NCBI GenBank assembly: GCA_964417835.1 | Contig: CAYQJD010000002.1 | Location: 1 to 61,141, forward strand | Source: an uncultured Muribaculaceae bacterium | Lineage (GTDB): Bacteria > Bacillota_I > Bacilli_A > RF39 > UBA660 | Reading direction: 5' to 3' | Length of the DNA: 61,141 nt | Part shown: one piece after another, positions 9,415 to 18,881 of the stretch | Layout: each line of letters begins with the position of its first letter | Position numbering within the stretch: the stretch's first letter is position 1 | Position numbers and translations under genes: made by a program | Notes under the pieces: model-generated | The model's input: the letters and a program-made list of their open reading frames with translations, nothing else | Databases searched by the model: none | What the model was told of the DNA's origin: nothing

Positions 9415-9939
9415 TATAAGTTTAAATAATGGATCTACTCTATTTTCATATATTATTATATCATTATTCTCTTCTAAAATTTGATCAATTATAGTATCAT
9501 TTGACGTTATTAATAAAGTTTTTCCCTTTAAATTCTTAAGATTTTTTCTATTTTTTAAATCAAAATAATATTCTTTATCATCTATTATTATTATTCCATT
9601 GTTATTCCATACTAATATTATGTCAGAAAATAACTTTTTTGCAATTTCTTCTTCATATATAAAATTATAATTAGAAAATCCTAAATTAAGCATTGTATCT
9701 TTTAAAACTAAAAAATTAGTTTCACAATATAATTTATTTATCATTATATAAACTTTATTTTGAAATATATTATTTTTTAATTTATACTTTTTAATAATAT
9801 TTTTTAATGATTCTAATAAAATTTTATTATTTACAATAAAATTATTTTCAATTATTTTTTTTGTTTTTTCCTTATATAAAATATTATTTTTATATATCCA
9901 AATTTCATAGTCCAAAATTTTTATAATGATTTCATTCAT
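9400..9939 (-). CDS. Hypothetical protein (179 aa), last gene of the spoIID / LytM-like unit
   Basis: Long ORF in a very AT-rich genome, tight spacing to the upstream gene, own terminator. No motif recognised. Confidence 0.5.
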   Translation of the reverse strand: MNEIIIKILDYEIWIYKNNILYKEKTKKIIENNFIVNNKILLESLKNIIKKYKLKNNIFQNKVYIMINKLYCETNFLVLKDTMLNLGFSNYNFIYEEEIAKKLFSDIILVWNNNGIIIIDDKEYYFDLKNRKNLKNLKGKTLLITSNDTIIDQILEENNDIIIYENRVDPLFKLIKNTN

Positions 9940-9965
9940 AAATCTTGCCTCTTTTTAAAAAAGAC

Positions 9966-10610
9966 TTAATTATTTAAGTCTTTTAAACTAGTTTTATAAT
10001 AAGTTTCAGGATTAATATTGTTGCCATTCAAATTAACTTCGAATAACATCATATTATTACTAGTAGAACTAATATTATTTTTTCCACTAGAAGCAAGTAT
10101 ATCGCTTTGTTTAACAGTTTGACCTTCAGTAACTTTAACATTTTCAACACTATAATATGTAGTTGTTAAAGAATTAGAATGTGTTATTTCAATTACATTT
10201 CCTAATAGTTCATCAGTTGTTATTTTTGAAACTGTACCATCAAGTGTACAAATTACATCAAATTGTTCTTCACTTGTGTATAGAATACCTGTATTGGGCA
10301 TATAAGTATTTTCATACAATATTAGTGATTTTTCTTGCTCTTCTTCACTAGTGGCTTTGTCATAATAATTTATATCAATAGTAACCATTTCAGAATTAAA
10401 AGGTTTTATTATTTCTGAATTTGAATAATTAATTACCGAAATATCATCATCAATAAAATCTTTCAAAATATAAGATAAATTTAAAGCCTCTCCATATTTA
10501 TTTTCAAGTCTATTACTTATAAAAACCATACTTACAAATACTATAGATATTATTGATAAATAAATTATTGTAGATGCCCATCTTTTTAAAACTAATCTTT
10601 TGGTTTTCAT
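9966..10610 (-). CDS. Membrane-anchored degenerate LytM/M23-domain protein (SpoIIQ-like)
   Basis: N-terminal TM segment. M23-like core 'GNVIEITHSNSLTTTYYSVENVKVTEGQTVKQSDILASSG'. The HxH metal site is replaced ('NNMMLFEV'). Sits directly downstream of spoIID. Confidence 0.6.
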   Translation of the reverse strand: MKTKRLVLKRWASTIIYLSIISIVFVSMVFISNRLENKYGEALNLSYILKDFIDDDISVINYSNSEIIKPFNSEMVTIDINYYDKATSEEEQEKSLILYENTYMPNTGILYTSEEQFDVICTLDGTVSKITTDELLGNVIEITHSNSLTTTYYSVENVKVTEGQTVKQSDILASSGKNNISSTSNNMMLFEVNLNGNNINPETYYKTSLKDLNN

Positions 10611-10657
10611 ATTTCACCTTCCTAGTAAAATTATGAGCTAAAAAAAAGAAATTATAC

Positions 10658-11608
10658 TTAAATTGTTGTAATTTCTATATTTTGATAAAAATAATTTAAT
10701 ATTTGTTGATAATTGTAATTATCCTTTGCCATACCGTTAGCACCATATTGGCTCATTCCAACTCCATGTCCATAACCTCTAGTGGTCACATTGTATATTC
10801 CTTCGCTTTCTTCTATATCAAAATCGGTTGATCTTAAATTGAGTAATTTTCTAAATTTTATACCAGTAAATATTACTCCATCTATACTTAGTTCTTCAAC
10901 TCTATTTGTATTATCTCTTTTTATTATTTTTATTTCATCTAAATTAGTATTAATTTTTAGCAAATTTACCATTTCATCTTTTGTATAACTTACTGTCACA
11001 ATAAACTTATTCAAAGAATTATTATCCCAGGGTGATTCTACACTTTCAGTTATTTTTTCACCAAAAACAGCTTCAGAAGATTCTGTATATCCATTACTCA
11101 TTGCAAAATAATAAGCTTTAAAAACTTTATTATTTTTTTTCATTATTTGATCTTCTGTACTAGTTACAGCTAATTTTACTTTATTATAATAATATTCAAA
11201 TTCATCTTTCCATTTTTCTTTCATTTCTTGTTCTGTTATATATACTTGATCATCAACTGTTGAATTTACATCATAAGAATTATTATTATTTAATATCTTA
11301 TACATAGCATAAGTTCTTGAGGCAATTGCTTGAGCTTTTAATGCTTCAATTTCAAAAGAAGCTGGCATCTCTCCTGCAACAACTCCCATTACATACTCTT
11401 CTAATTCAAGTTCTAAAATATCATTTCCCCTGCTTACTTTAATAAAAACTTTTTCTTTAGGTTCTATATCTTTAGAATTATTATTAGATATTTCTTGTTC
11501 TTCTTCTGAAAATTTATTTATTTCTTTTTCTCCAGAAACATATATACTTACTACAAAAACTGGAATTAAAATTAAAATAATTATATATTTCAAATGATTT
11601 TTATTCAT
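10658..11608 (-). CDS. spoIID: Stage II sporulation protein D (lytic transglycosylase)
   Basis: 'ALKAQAIASRTYA', 'GHGVGMSQYGA'; N-terminal TM. Confidence 0.9.
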   Translation of the reverse strand: MNKNHLKYIIILILIPVFVVSIYVSGEKEINKFSEEEQEISNNNSKDIEPKEKVFIKVSRGNDILELELEEYVMGVVAGEMPASFEIEALKAQAIASRTYAMYKILNNNNSYDVNSTVDDQVYITEQEMKEKWKDEFEYYYNKVKLAVTSTEDQIMKKNNKVFKAYYFAMSNGYTESSEAVFGEKITESVESPWDNNSLNKFIVTVSYTKDEMVNLLKINTNLDEIKIIKRDNTNRVEELSIDGVIFTGIKFRKLLNLRSTDFDIEESEGIYNVTTRGYGHGVGMSQYGANGMAKDNYNYQQILNYFYQNIEITTI

Positions 11609-11820
11609 AATATTTTACTAAATGATAGAAAATCTATAATAAAATTAGTAATTAAATAACTCATTATAATACTTAATAATATTATAAAAATCCTAGCCTC
11701 TATATTTTTTTTGCTTTTCCAAAACTTATTAAAATTGATTCCAGTTAATGTATAAGCTGATAATAGTGTTGTAATCATATATAAATATATTTTTGCATTC
11801 ATATTAATGACTCTTTTCAT
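11605..11820 (-). CDS. Small membrane protein, DUF1146/YwzB-like
   Basis: Two TM helices. Pattern 'INFNKFWKSKKNIEARIFIILLSII..NFIIDFLSFS' resembles B. subtilis YwzB as recalled. Synteny near murA/spoIID. Confidence 0.5.
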   Translation of the reverse strand: MKRVINMNAKIYLYMITTLLSAYTLTGINFNKFWKSKKNIEARIFIILLSIIMSYLITNFIIDFLSFSKIL

Positions 11821-12244
11821 ATTGGCTAATTAGATTTATTCTTCTAATATGTCTTTCTTCTTCAGAAAAATTTGTAGTTATAAAAGTTTTTATACATTTT
11901 ATAATAGTATCTAGATCATTCTTATAGCTCATTGCTATAATATTTGCATTATTGTGTGATCGCGCTAAAAAAGCTTCTTCTTTATTTGAAATATGTGCAC
12001 ATCTTATATTTTTAACTTTATTTGCAGCAATAGACATTCCTATCCCCGTTCCACATAATAATATGCCTAAAGAATCTAAATTATTACTTATATATTCCGA
12101 TACTTTAAATGCAAAAACTGGGTAATCATCACTCGCATAATTTTCTTCACTAAAATCCAGCACCTCATATTCAAGTTTTAAATATTTTATAATTTCTTTT
12201 TTTAATTCAGTACCATTATGATCTGTTGCAATTACTAATTTCAT
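11804..12244 (-). CDS. rpiB: Ribose-5-phosphate isomerase B
   Basis: 'LLCGTGIGMSIAANK', LacAB/RpiB length. Confidence 0.9.
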   Translation of the reverse strand: MKLVIATDHNGTELKKEIIKYLKLEYEVLDFSEENYASDDYPVFAFKVSEYISNNLDSLGILLCGTGIGMSIAANKVKNIRCAHISNKEEAFLARSHNNANIIAMSYKNDLDTIIKCIKTFITTNFSEEERHIRRINLISQYEKSH

Positions 12245-13251
12245 TTAATATCCTCCATTGCTTTTTTAAAAGTAGGTAATAATCCTATACCATCTTTTCT
12301 ATGAACTGGCAATTGATATAAATCATGCCCAGGGAAGTCATTTCCTTCTATTAAACAGGGTTCTTTTTCGCCTATACACACATCCCATCCAATATATCCT
12401 ATTTCTGGCGTAATATCACAGGCATCTATACATAATTTTTTTACTTTATTCCATAAAGGAATTTTTAAACCAATAATTGGTTCATTAGTATAGGGATGTT
12501 TCTCATAAACATTTCCTGATTTATCCAAACCGGGATATTCTACAATTCCATTTTCAATGTTTATAGTAGTTACAATTCCACCATGATTGAAATTGTCCAC
12601 TACGTTTCCTTTATTTCCAAAACGAATAAAAGCAGCTACTATTTTTTTATTGAGTGTTACAATTCTTACTGTATTTACAGATAATGGATATATTTTTGAT
12701 ATCTTCTCATTTTGAATTGCTACATCTTCTACTAACCTTTTATCATTTTTTATTAAATCATCATATAGTTTTTTTGAATCATAATTTTCTAGATTGATTT
12801 TTTCAATACCTTTTCCACATGATAAAGATAAAGGTTTAGCAATAATATATTTTTTATCACTTATATATTTTTTAAATTCTTCGAAATTATTATCAAGATA
12901 TATCCATTCTCTTTTTAAGAAATTATTATATTTTTCATTAAATAAAGCTTTATTTTCAAATATATATGCTTTGTTTTGATCATTATATTTTTTTAATATT
13001 TCGTTATTGATTCCCCTAGTAACAATTGTTTTTCTTTCTTCATCATTTAAATTATACATTTCGAATAATTTATAATCCATATAGCCAGCTTGATATTTTA
13101 ATCCACATCTAACTATATCAAAAAATAAATATATTCTATTTTTATCAGTTTTATCATGTATAAAATTTATAGACTTAAAAAACTGCTTATAATCCATTTT
13201 TGATATTCTTTTAATCAAATATGTTATTTTTTTCATTTTTCTATCCCTCAA
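12241..13251 (-). CDS. ATP-grasp protein (sugar-transfer-associated, TupA-like)
   Basis: C-terminal 'RFGNKGNVVDNFNHGGIV....GWDVCIGEKEPCLIEGNDFPGHDLYQLP', typical of this ATP-grasp clade as recalled. Confidence 0.55.
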   Translation of the reverse strand: MRDRKMKKITYLIKRISKMDYKQFFKSINFIHDKTDKNRIYLFFDIVRCGLKYQAGYMDYKLFEMYNLNDEERKTIVTRGINNEILKKYNDQNKAYIFENKALFNEKYNNFLKREWIYLDNNFEEFKKYISDKKYIIAKPLSLSCGKGIEKINLENYDSKKLYDDLIKNDKRLVEDVAIQNEKISKIYPLSVNTVRIVTLNKKIVAAFIRFGNKGNVVDNFNHGGIVTTINIENGIVEYPGLDKSGNVYEKHPYTNEPIIGLKIPLWNKVKKLCIDACDITPEIGYIGWDVCIGEKEPCLIEGNDFPGHDLYQLPVHRKDGIGLLPTFKKAMEDIK

Positions 13252-13288
13252 TTTTAGTATAGCATATTTACTGAATTTATTATCATTT

Positions 13289-13312
13289 TAAAAAAAGAGC
13301 TTTACAGCTCTT
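13289..13312 (-). terminator. Intrinsic terminator after rpmE
   Basis: Minus strand reads AAGAGC-TGTAAA-GCTCTT followed by TTTTTT. Confidence 0.7.
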
Positions 13313-13316
13313 GCTC

Positions 13317-13520
13317 TTAATCTTTAAGATTATATTTTTGGTTGAATTTTTCAACTTTAGTACTTCTTTTACTTTTTCCTTGTTTACCAGTAAAATATGG
13401 ATGACAGTTATTGCAAATTTCAACATTGTGAACTTCTTTATTTGACATAGCTGTAAAAGTTGCTCCACATGCGCATTTAAAAGTACATTCAACTGAAACT
13501 GGATGTATTCCCTTCTTCAT
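13317..13520 (-). CDS. rpmE: 50S ribosomal protein L31
   Basis: 'MKKGIHP', Cys cluster 'CACG..C..CHPYFTGKQ'. Confidence 0.95.
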   Translation of the reverse strand: MKKGIHPVSVECTFKCACGATFTAMSNKEVHNVEICNNCHPYFTGKQGKSKRSTKVEKFNQKYNLKD

Positions 13521-13649
13521 TTATATTCTCCTCCCGCCATAACTAATTTTTAGTTATAGAAATTTGTACTTAAATAGTATAGCATATTTTTTATGTAATG
13601 CAAGATAAAATTTGTCATAACTTTAATATTACTTTATATTAAATAACAA

Positions 13650-14903
13650 TTATTCATCAGATAATTTTATATCAGCTCCTACACTTGTAAGTTTATCTAC
13701 TATGTTTTCGTAACCTCTTAATATATGTTCTATATTAGTTATTGTTGTTTGACCTTTTGCAACCATTCCAGCTACTAACATTGCAGCTCCAGCTCTAAGA
13801 TCTGTAGCAATAACTTCTTTACCTTTTAATCTTGTTTTACCTTTTATTAAAGCACAAGTATCAAATAATTTTATATTTGCTCCCATTGCATTTAAATGTT
13901 TTATATGTCTCATTCTATTTTCCCATATTGTTTCTTCAAAAAGAGATTCACCTTCACATTGTGTCAAAAAGGTACTCATAGGCTGACCTAAATCAGTTGG
14001 AAATCCTGGATAAACTAATGTTTTAACATTAACCGCTTTTAGATTAGTTGTTTTATTTACAATTATTTTTGAATTATTTATTTCAAATTCTGCACCTGTT
14101 TCTTTTAATTTTGTTATTACAGAATCTAAATGTTCTCTAATTATACCATCAATAACCAAATTTTTTCCTAAAAGTATTCCCATCATTAAATATGTCCCAG
14201 CTTCAATTCTATCTGGAATAACTTCTACTATACCTTCGTTCAATTTTTTTACACCTTCAATAGTAATAGATCCTGTTCCAGCGCCATAAACTTTAGCACC
14301 CATCGAATTTAGAAAAGACGCCACATTAACAATTTCTGGTTCTTTTGCCGCATTCCATATATGAGTTGTCCCATTTGCTAATACTGCTGCAAACATCAAA
14401 TTAACCGTTGCTCCTACACTTGCAACATCTAAAAATATATCTGCACCATGTAATTTTTTTGCTGTTATTGTATATTTATTATCCTCAATCTTAACTTGAG
14501 CTCCCATTTTTTTAAAACCATTTATATGAAAATCAATTGGTCTACTGCCTATCACACAACCACCTGGATAAGATATTACAGCTTTATGATATTTTGATAA
14601 TAATGCTCCCATGAAATAATATGAAGCTCTGATACTCGAAGAATATTCTTTTCCAATTTCATTATTTTCAACATTTTTATTATCTATTTCAATTGTACCA
14701 TTTTCATAATTAATTTCAGCGCCTAAATGTTTTAGCATTTCATTCAATCTTTTTACATCAGTAATATCAGGAACATTATATATTTTACATTTTGAATTTG
14801 TTAAAACCGTTGCTGGTAAAAGAGCAACTATACTATTTTTTGCACCTCCTATTTTTATAGTTCCTGAAAGTTCATGCCCTCCATTTATAATTAACTTTTT
14901 CAT
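13650..14903 (-). CDS. murA: UDP-N-acetylglucosamine 1-carboxyvinyltransferase
   Basis: 'GGAKNS', active-site Cys in 'PGGCVIGSRPID'. Confidence 0.95.
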   Translation of the reverse strand: MKKLIINGGHELSGTIKIGGAKNSIVALLPATVLTNSKCKIYNVPDITDVKRLNEMLKHLGAEINYENGTIEIDNKNVENNEIGKEYSSSIRASYYFMGALLSKYHKAVISYPGGCVIGSRPIDFHINGFKKMGAQVKIEDNKYTITAKKLHGADIFLDVASVGATVNLMFAAVLANGTTHIWNAAKEPEIVNVASFLNSMGAKVYGAGTGSITIEGVKKLNEGIVEVIPDRIEAGTYLMMGILLGKNLVIDGIIREHLDSVITKLKETGAEFEINNSKIIVNKTTNLKAVNVKTLVYPGFPTDLGQPMSTFLTQCEGESLFEETIWENRMRHIKHLNAMGANIKLFDTCALIKGKTRLKGKEVIATDLRAGAAMLVAGMVAKGQTTITNIEHILRGYENIVDKLTSVGADIKLSDE

Positions 14904-15026
14904 AATATTTATTCTAATAGAAAAATCTATTAGATACTCCTTTCTTTATAAACAAAGTTATAAAATTCTATTTGGATATCACTAATATAATTATAATTTA
15001 TCTTAAATATATATTCAATGATATAT

Positions 15027-15578
15027 TTATTTCTTAAAGAAAAACATAATTCCTAATAAAAATAATAATAATGTTCCAAATAAATAAGAATATTTTTTTA
15101 AAAGTTTATTTAAATACTTTCCTATTGACAAACCTAAAAAGGTAAAAGTAAAACTACATATTGTAAAAACTGACGAGGATAAAAGATATTTATCCGTAAT
15201 TGCATTTAATCCTAATCCTATTGATAAACTATCTAAAGAAACACCAAAAGCAAAAAGAAATATTCCTATTTTACTTACATGTATTTCTTTTTGGGATGGT
15301 TTTAAATATTCTATAAACATTTGTAGTGAAATTAATAACAAAATAGCCCCTAAAATAAAATTAGTATTTATATATATTATTTTTGATAGTGCATATGATA
15401 CTATTAAACCTATAATTGGCATTATAAAATGAAATAATCCTACTGTCAAACTTATTATGAACATTTTCTTAAAAGATAAATCATACATTCCCATACATGT
15501 TGAAACAGAGAATGCATCTATACTAAGGCCAGTTCCAATACAAAATAATATAATCAATTCTTTCATTATTATCACCAT
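15027..15578 (-). CDS. MntP/YtaF-family membrane protein (putative Mn efflux or sporulation YtaF)
   Basis: Duplicated 'SIDAFSVS' / 'SLDSLSIG' motifs, 6 TM. Confidence 0.7.
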   Translation of the reverse strand: MVIIMKELIILFCIGTGLSIDAFSVSTCMGMYDLSFKKMFIISLTVGLFHFIMPIIGLIVSYALSKIIYINTNFILGAILLLISLQMFIEYLKPSQKEIHVSKIGIFLFAFGVSLDSLSIGLGLNAITDKYLLSSSVFTICSFTFTFLGLSIGKYLNKLLKKYSYLFGTLLLFLLGIMFFFKK

Positions 15579-15588
15579 ACTAATTTTA

Positions 15589-16101
15589 TTAGTTATAGTT
15601 ATTTAATATTTCTAAAACTTTTGATTTATATTCGACATTACTAATATTATTTTTTTCTACATCTATCATACATAACGGAGGAAATAACACACACCACCAA
15701 TTTTCTCCTGATCCACTACCTAATTTTACTACTAAAGATTCATAATTACCTTCTTCATAAGTTATTCCATAAAGTTTCTTTGTTGGAAAATAATTTTGTC
15801 CATAATTTATAGAATAATCATTATTTCCTAACGTATCTTCAACTATTGAAGATAATTCTGATATGTTTGCTTTTATATTACTTCTTGCATCTTCAATGTT
15901 TTTAACTCCATTTAATGATTCAAATAAATTTTTTGATATTTTATCTTTTACTTTTAATTTTATTGCTTGATCCTCAAAACTATTACTATTTGCTATTACT
16001 CTTACTCTTATAGAATTATCTGGTATAACAATATTGTCATACTCTTTATTTAAACATAATGTTAATATAATCATACTTAAAATTATCAATATTTTTTTCA
16101 T
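15589..16101 (-). CDS. spoIIR: Stage II sporulation protein R
   Basis: 'IRVRVIANSNSFEDQAIKLKVKD', 'ENWWCVLFPPLCM'. Confidence 0.9.
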   Translation of the reverse strand: MKKILIILSMIILTLCLNKEYDNIVIPDNSIRVRVIANSNSFEDQAIKLKVKDKISKNLFESLNGVKNIEDARSNIKANISELSSIVEDTLGNNDYSINYGQNYFPTKKLYGITYEEGNYESLVVKLGSGSGENWWCVLFPPLCMIDVEKNNISNVEYKSKVLEILNNYN

Positions 16102-16149
16102 AATTAAAACACAACCTTTCTTTTAGTATATGGGTTATGTTTTATTAAT

Positions 16150-16884
16150 TTATTCATTAATTATAAATAAGTATCTGTCTTTTAAAGATAAATCTTTTTC
16201 TATGATTATTTTGGCATTAGGATAATATTGTTTCGAAAGTTCTTTCAATTTTGCTCCCTGAGTACATCCTATTTCAAATGCAATTATATTTTTTTTATTA
16301 AGATAATTTTTGCAAGTAGAAATAATATGCTTATAGAAATTAATGCCACTATCATCAGCAAAAATCGCCTTTTGGGGTTCATATTTAATAGCTTCATCAA
16401 TTTCGTCTTTTTTTGTAATATAAGGTGGATTAGATATTAATATATCATATTTTTGAACAGGTTGAAATCTGAATATATTTTTTTTAAAAAAAGATATTTC
16501 TGCATTATTTTGTTCAGCATTTTTCTTTGCAATTTTTATTGCTTTTTTATCAATATCTATACCTGTTATTATTAAATTTTTTAATTCTTTTTTTAATGCT
16601 ATACTAATACATCCTGATCCTGTTCCTAATTCAATTACTGATGCGTTTTCTAAATCTGATTTTTTAATATATTTTATTGTTTTTTCTACTAAAGTTTCAG
16701 TTTCAAATCTTGGGATTAAAACATTTTTATTTACATTAATATCATATCCATAAAAATTTACACTCCCAATTAAATATTGCACTGGATAATTCTTCTTTAG
16801 TTTTTTTTCTATTTTTTTAAGATTTTTATATTTCAATGTTAAAAGTTTCCAGTCATTAATAGTTATATTGTTAGGTTTTTTCAT
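16150..16884 (-). CDS. prmC: Release-factor glutamine N5-methyltransferase
   Basis: 'ELGTGSGCIS', 'NPPY'; directly downstream of prfA. Confidence 0.9.
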   Translation of the reverse strand: MKKPNNITINDWKLLTLKYKNLKKIEKKLKKNYPVQYLIGSVNFYGYDINVNKNVLIPRFETETLVEKTIKYIKKSDLENASVIELGTGSGCISIALKKELKNLIITGIDIDKKAIKIAKKNAEQNNAEISFFKKNIFRFQPVQKYDILISNPPYITKKDEIDEAIKYEPQKAIFADDSGINFYKHIISTCKNYLNKKNIIAFEIGCTQGAKLKELSKQYYPNAKIIIEKDLSLKDRYLFIINE

Positions 16885-17939
16885 TAATTTCCTTCTAATA
16901 ATATTTTTTGATTCTCTGCTATTAAAGCATTTATAATTTCATCCATATTTCCTTCCATCACCTTATCCAAATTCATAATACTAAAATTAATTCTATGATC
17001 AGTCACTCTATTTTGTGGATAATTATATGTTCTTATTTTTTCAGATCTATCTCCAGTTCCGATTTTACTTCTTCTTTCTGCGCCTTCTTTTTCTTCCATT
17101 TCTTTTAACTTTTTATCATACAATCTTGTCTTTAATATTTTTATAGCTTTCTCTTTATTCTTAATTTGACTTCTTTCTGTTTGAGAATAAACTATAATAC
17201 CAGTTGGGATATGCGTCAATCTAACTGCAGAATCTGTTGTATTTACTCCTTGTCCGCCACATCCACTACTTCTTGTAATATCGACTCTAACTTCATTCAT
17301 ATCAAGTTCAAAATCAAACTCATCTGCTTCAGGCATTACTAGAACCGTTGCTGTTGAGGTGTGCACTCTTCCTTGAGTTTCTGTTGCAGGAACTCTTTGT
17401 ACTCTATGAGAGCCACTTTCAAATTTCAATTTTGAATATACATTTTCTCCTTTTATAGAAAATTCTATTTGAGAGTATCCTCCACTTGTTCCCTCAACAG
17501 CATCATTTATTTCAATTTTCCAATTGTTTTTTTCTGCAAATTTAGAATACATTCTAAAAAGATCACCTGCAAATATATTTGCTTCATCTCCACCTGCAGC
17601 GCCTCTTATTTCCATTATTATATCTTTTCCATCATTTGCATCCTTAGGTAATAATAATATTTCTAATTCAGCTAATAAATCTTTTCTTTTTTCTTCATTC
17701 AACTTTAACTCTTCTTTTGCTATTAAAGCCATTTCAGAATCATTCACCATTGTTTTTAAACCAGATATTTCTTTATCAATATCCAATAAATATAAATATT
17801 TTTTTACTATTTCTTCTAAATCACTATGTTCTTTTGAGATTTTTTTCATTTTATTAAAATCATTTATTATTTCTGGGTCTATTAGTTCTTTAGATAATTC
17901 ATCATATCTTTTTTTTATAAGTTCTAATCTTTCTATCAT
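16884..17939 (-). CDS. prfA: Peptide chain release factor 1
   Basis: '[13 protein letters not shown]' (GGQ); 'PATE' tripeptide-anticodon region. Confidence 0.95.
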   Translation of the reverse strand: MIERLELIKKRYDELSKELIDPEIINDFNKMKKISKEHSDLEEIVKKYLYLLDIDKEISGLKTMVNDSEMALIAKEELKLNEEKRKDLLAELEILLLPKDANDGKDIIMEIRGAAGGDEANIFAGDLFRMYSKFAEKNNWKIEINDAVEGTSGGYSQIEFSIKGENVYSKLKFESGSHRVQRVPATETQGRVHTSTATVLVMPEADEFDFELDMNEVRVDITRSSGCGGQGVNTTDSAVRLTHIPTGIIVYSQTERSQIKNKEKAIKILKTRLYDKKLKEMEEKEGAERRSKIGTGDRSEKIRTYNYPQNRVTDHRINFSIMNLDKVMEGNMDEIINALIAENQKILLEGN

Positions 17940-17955
17940 AATTTCACCTAAATCA

Positions 17956-18393
17956 TTAAGCTATATCATTTTCTTCTGTTTCATCTACAATAACTAGATC
18001 TTTCAAATCATCTTCTGAATCATCATCCATAATATCTTCGACAAAGTCAATATCTTCATCTTCTGCTTTTTCTTCATCGTCTTGTGTATCTAAAATTTCA
18101 TCGTCTTCGTCTTCATCAATAATAATTTTGGTAGAGTGATTGATTTTTAAATCCCAATATCCATTATTTAACATAATGAATCTTTTATCAGTAGACAATA
18201 ATTCAAAAAAATCAGCTAAATGTTCTTCAAATACAACTTCATTTAAGCCCATAGTTTTTATAACTTCTTTAAATAGCTCTTGTATTTTCATTTTATTTTG
18301 TTTTTTTTCTAATATTAAATACGCAACATCATCGTATGACATATTTTCTAACTCTTCTTTTTTTAATTTTAAAGTTTTCATACTTGCCTCCAT
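17956..18393 (-). CDS. rpoE: RNA polymerase delta subunit
   Basis: HARE-HTH N-terminus '[12 protein letters not shown]' plus a long Asp/Glu tail. Confidence 0.85.
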   Translation of the reverse strand: MEASMKTLKLKKEELENMSYDDVAYLILEKKQNKMKIQELFKEVIKTMGLNEVVFEEHLADFFELLSTDKRFIMLNNGYWDLKINHSTKIIIDEDEDDEILDTQDDEEKAEDEDIDFVEDIMDDDSEDDLKDLVIVDETEENDIA

Positions 18394-18451
18394 TTATAAA
18401 TTACTTAATATATTTAAAACAAATATAATTTTATCATAATACCTTTCATTG

Positions 18452-18808
18452 TCAACTACTTTTATTTTTTTCAATTATTATCGTATTTTCTATATCTTCT
18501 TCCGTCTCGATAGTATATATTATTTTAAGTTTATTATTATTAATACTATAATGTTTTAATTTTATTTTTAAATTTAAAATAAATCCTTGTTTTTTTAAGT
18601 GAATTTTGCATTTTTCAAAATTAAAATCTAAACATATTAATTCTTCTTCATTTTCTTTAATAAAAACTTTATTAAAATAACTATATTTAATACAATCATC
18701 AATAAAACTAAGTTTATTATTTTGAAAAATACATTTAATATTATTTTTATTAATTAATATATTATTATTTTTTTTAAATTTAAAGTTAATTGAAATCATT
18801 TTAACCAT
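18452..18808 (-). CDS. Hypothetical protein (possibly DUF1934/YwiB-like beta-barrel)
   Basis: Size and alternating beta pattern 'GFILNLKIKLKHYSINNNKLKIIYTIE'. Weak recollection only. Confidence 0.35.
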   Translation of the reverse strand: MVKMISINFKFKKNNNILINKNNIKCIFQNNKLSFIDDCIKYSYFNKVFIKENEEELICLDFNFEKCKIHLKKQGFILNLKIKLKHYSINNNKLKIIYTIETEEDIENTIIIEKNKSS

Positions 18809-18881
18809 CTCTCATTGATATTATCATATTTTAACTCTTTTTTACTTATAATTATTTAATTTTTCTACATAATATTTTTAG

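Noticed and set aside
13283-13492. 69-aa ORF overlapping rpmE in another frame
   Set aside because: The L31 frame has the canonical motifs; the alternative frame has none.
15579-15588. yybP-ykoY Mn riboswitch upstream of the MntP-like gene
   Set aside because: Only ~10 nt separate it from spoIIR, so there is no room for a riboswitch.
17469-18439. ORFs 17469-17651, 17524-17997 (157 aa) and 18140-18439 on the + strand
   Set aside because: Antisense to prfA and rpoE. The Ser/Phe/Ile-rich shadow frames arise because codon bias keeps the reverse frame open.
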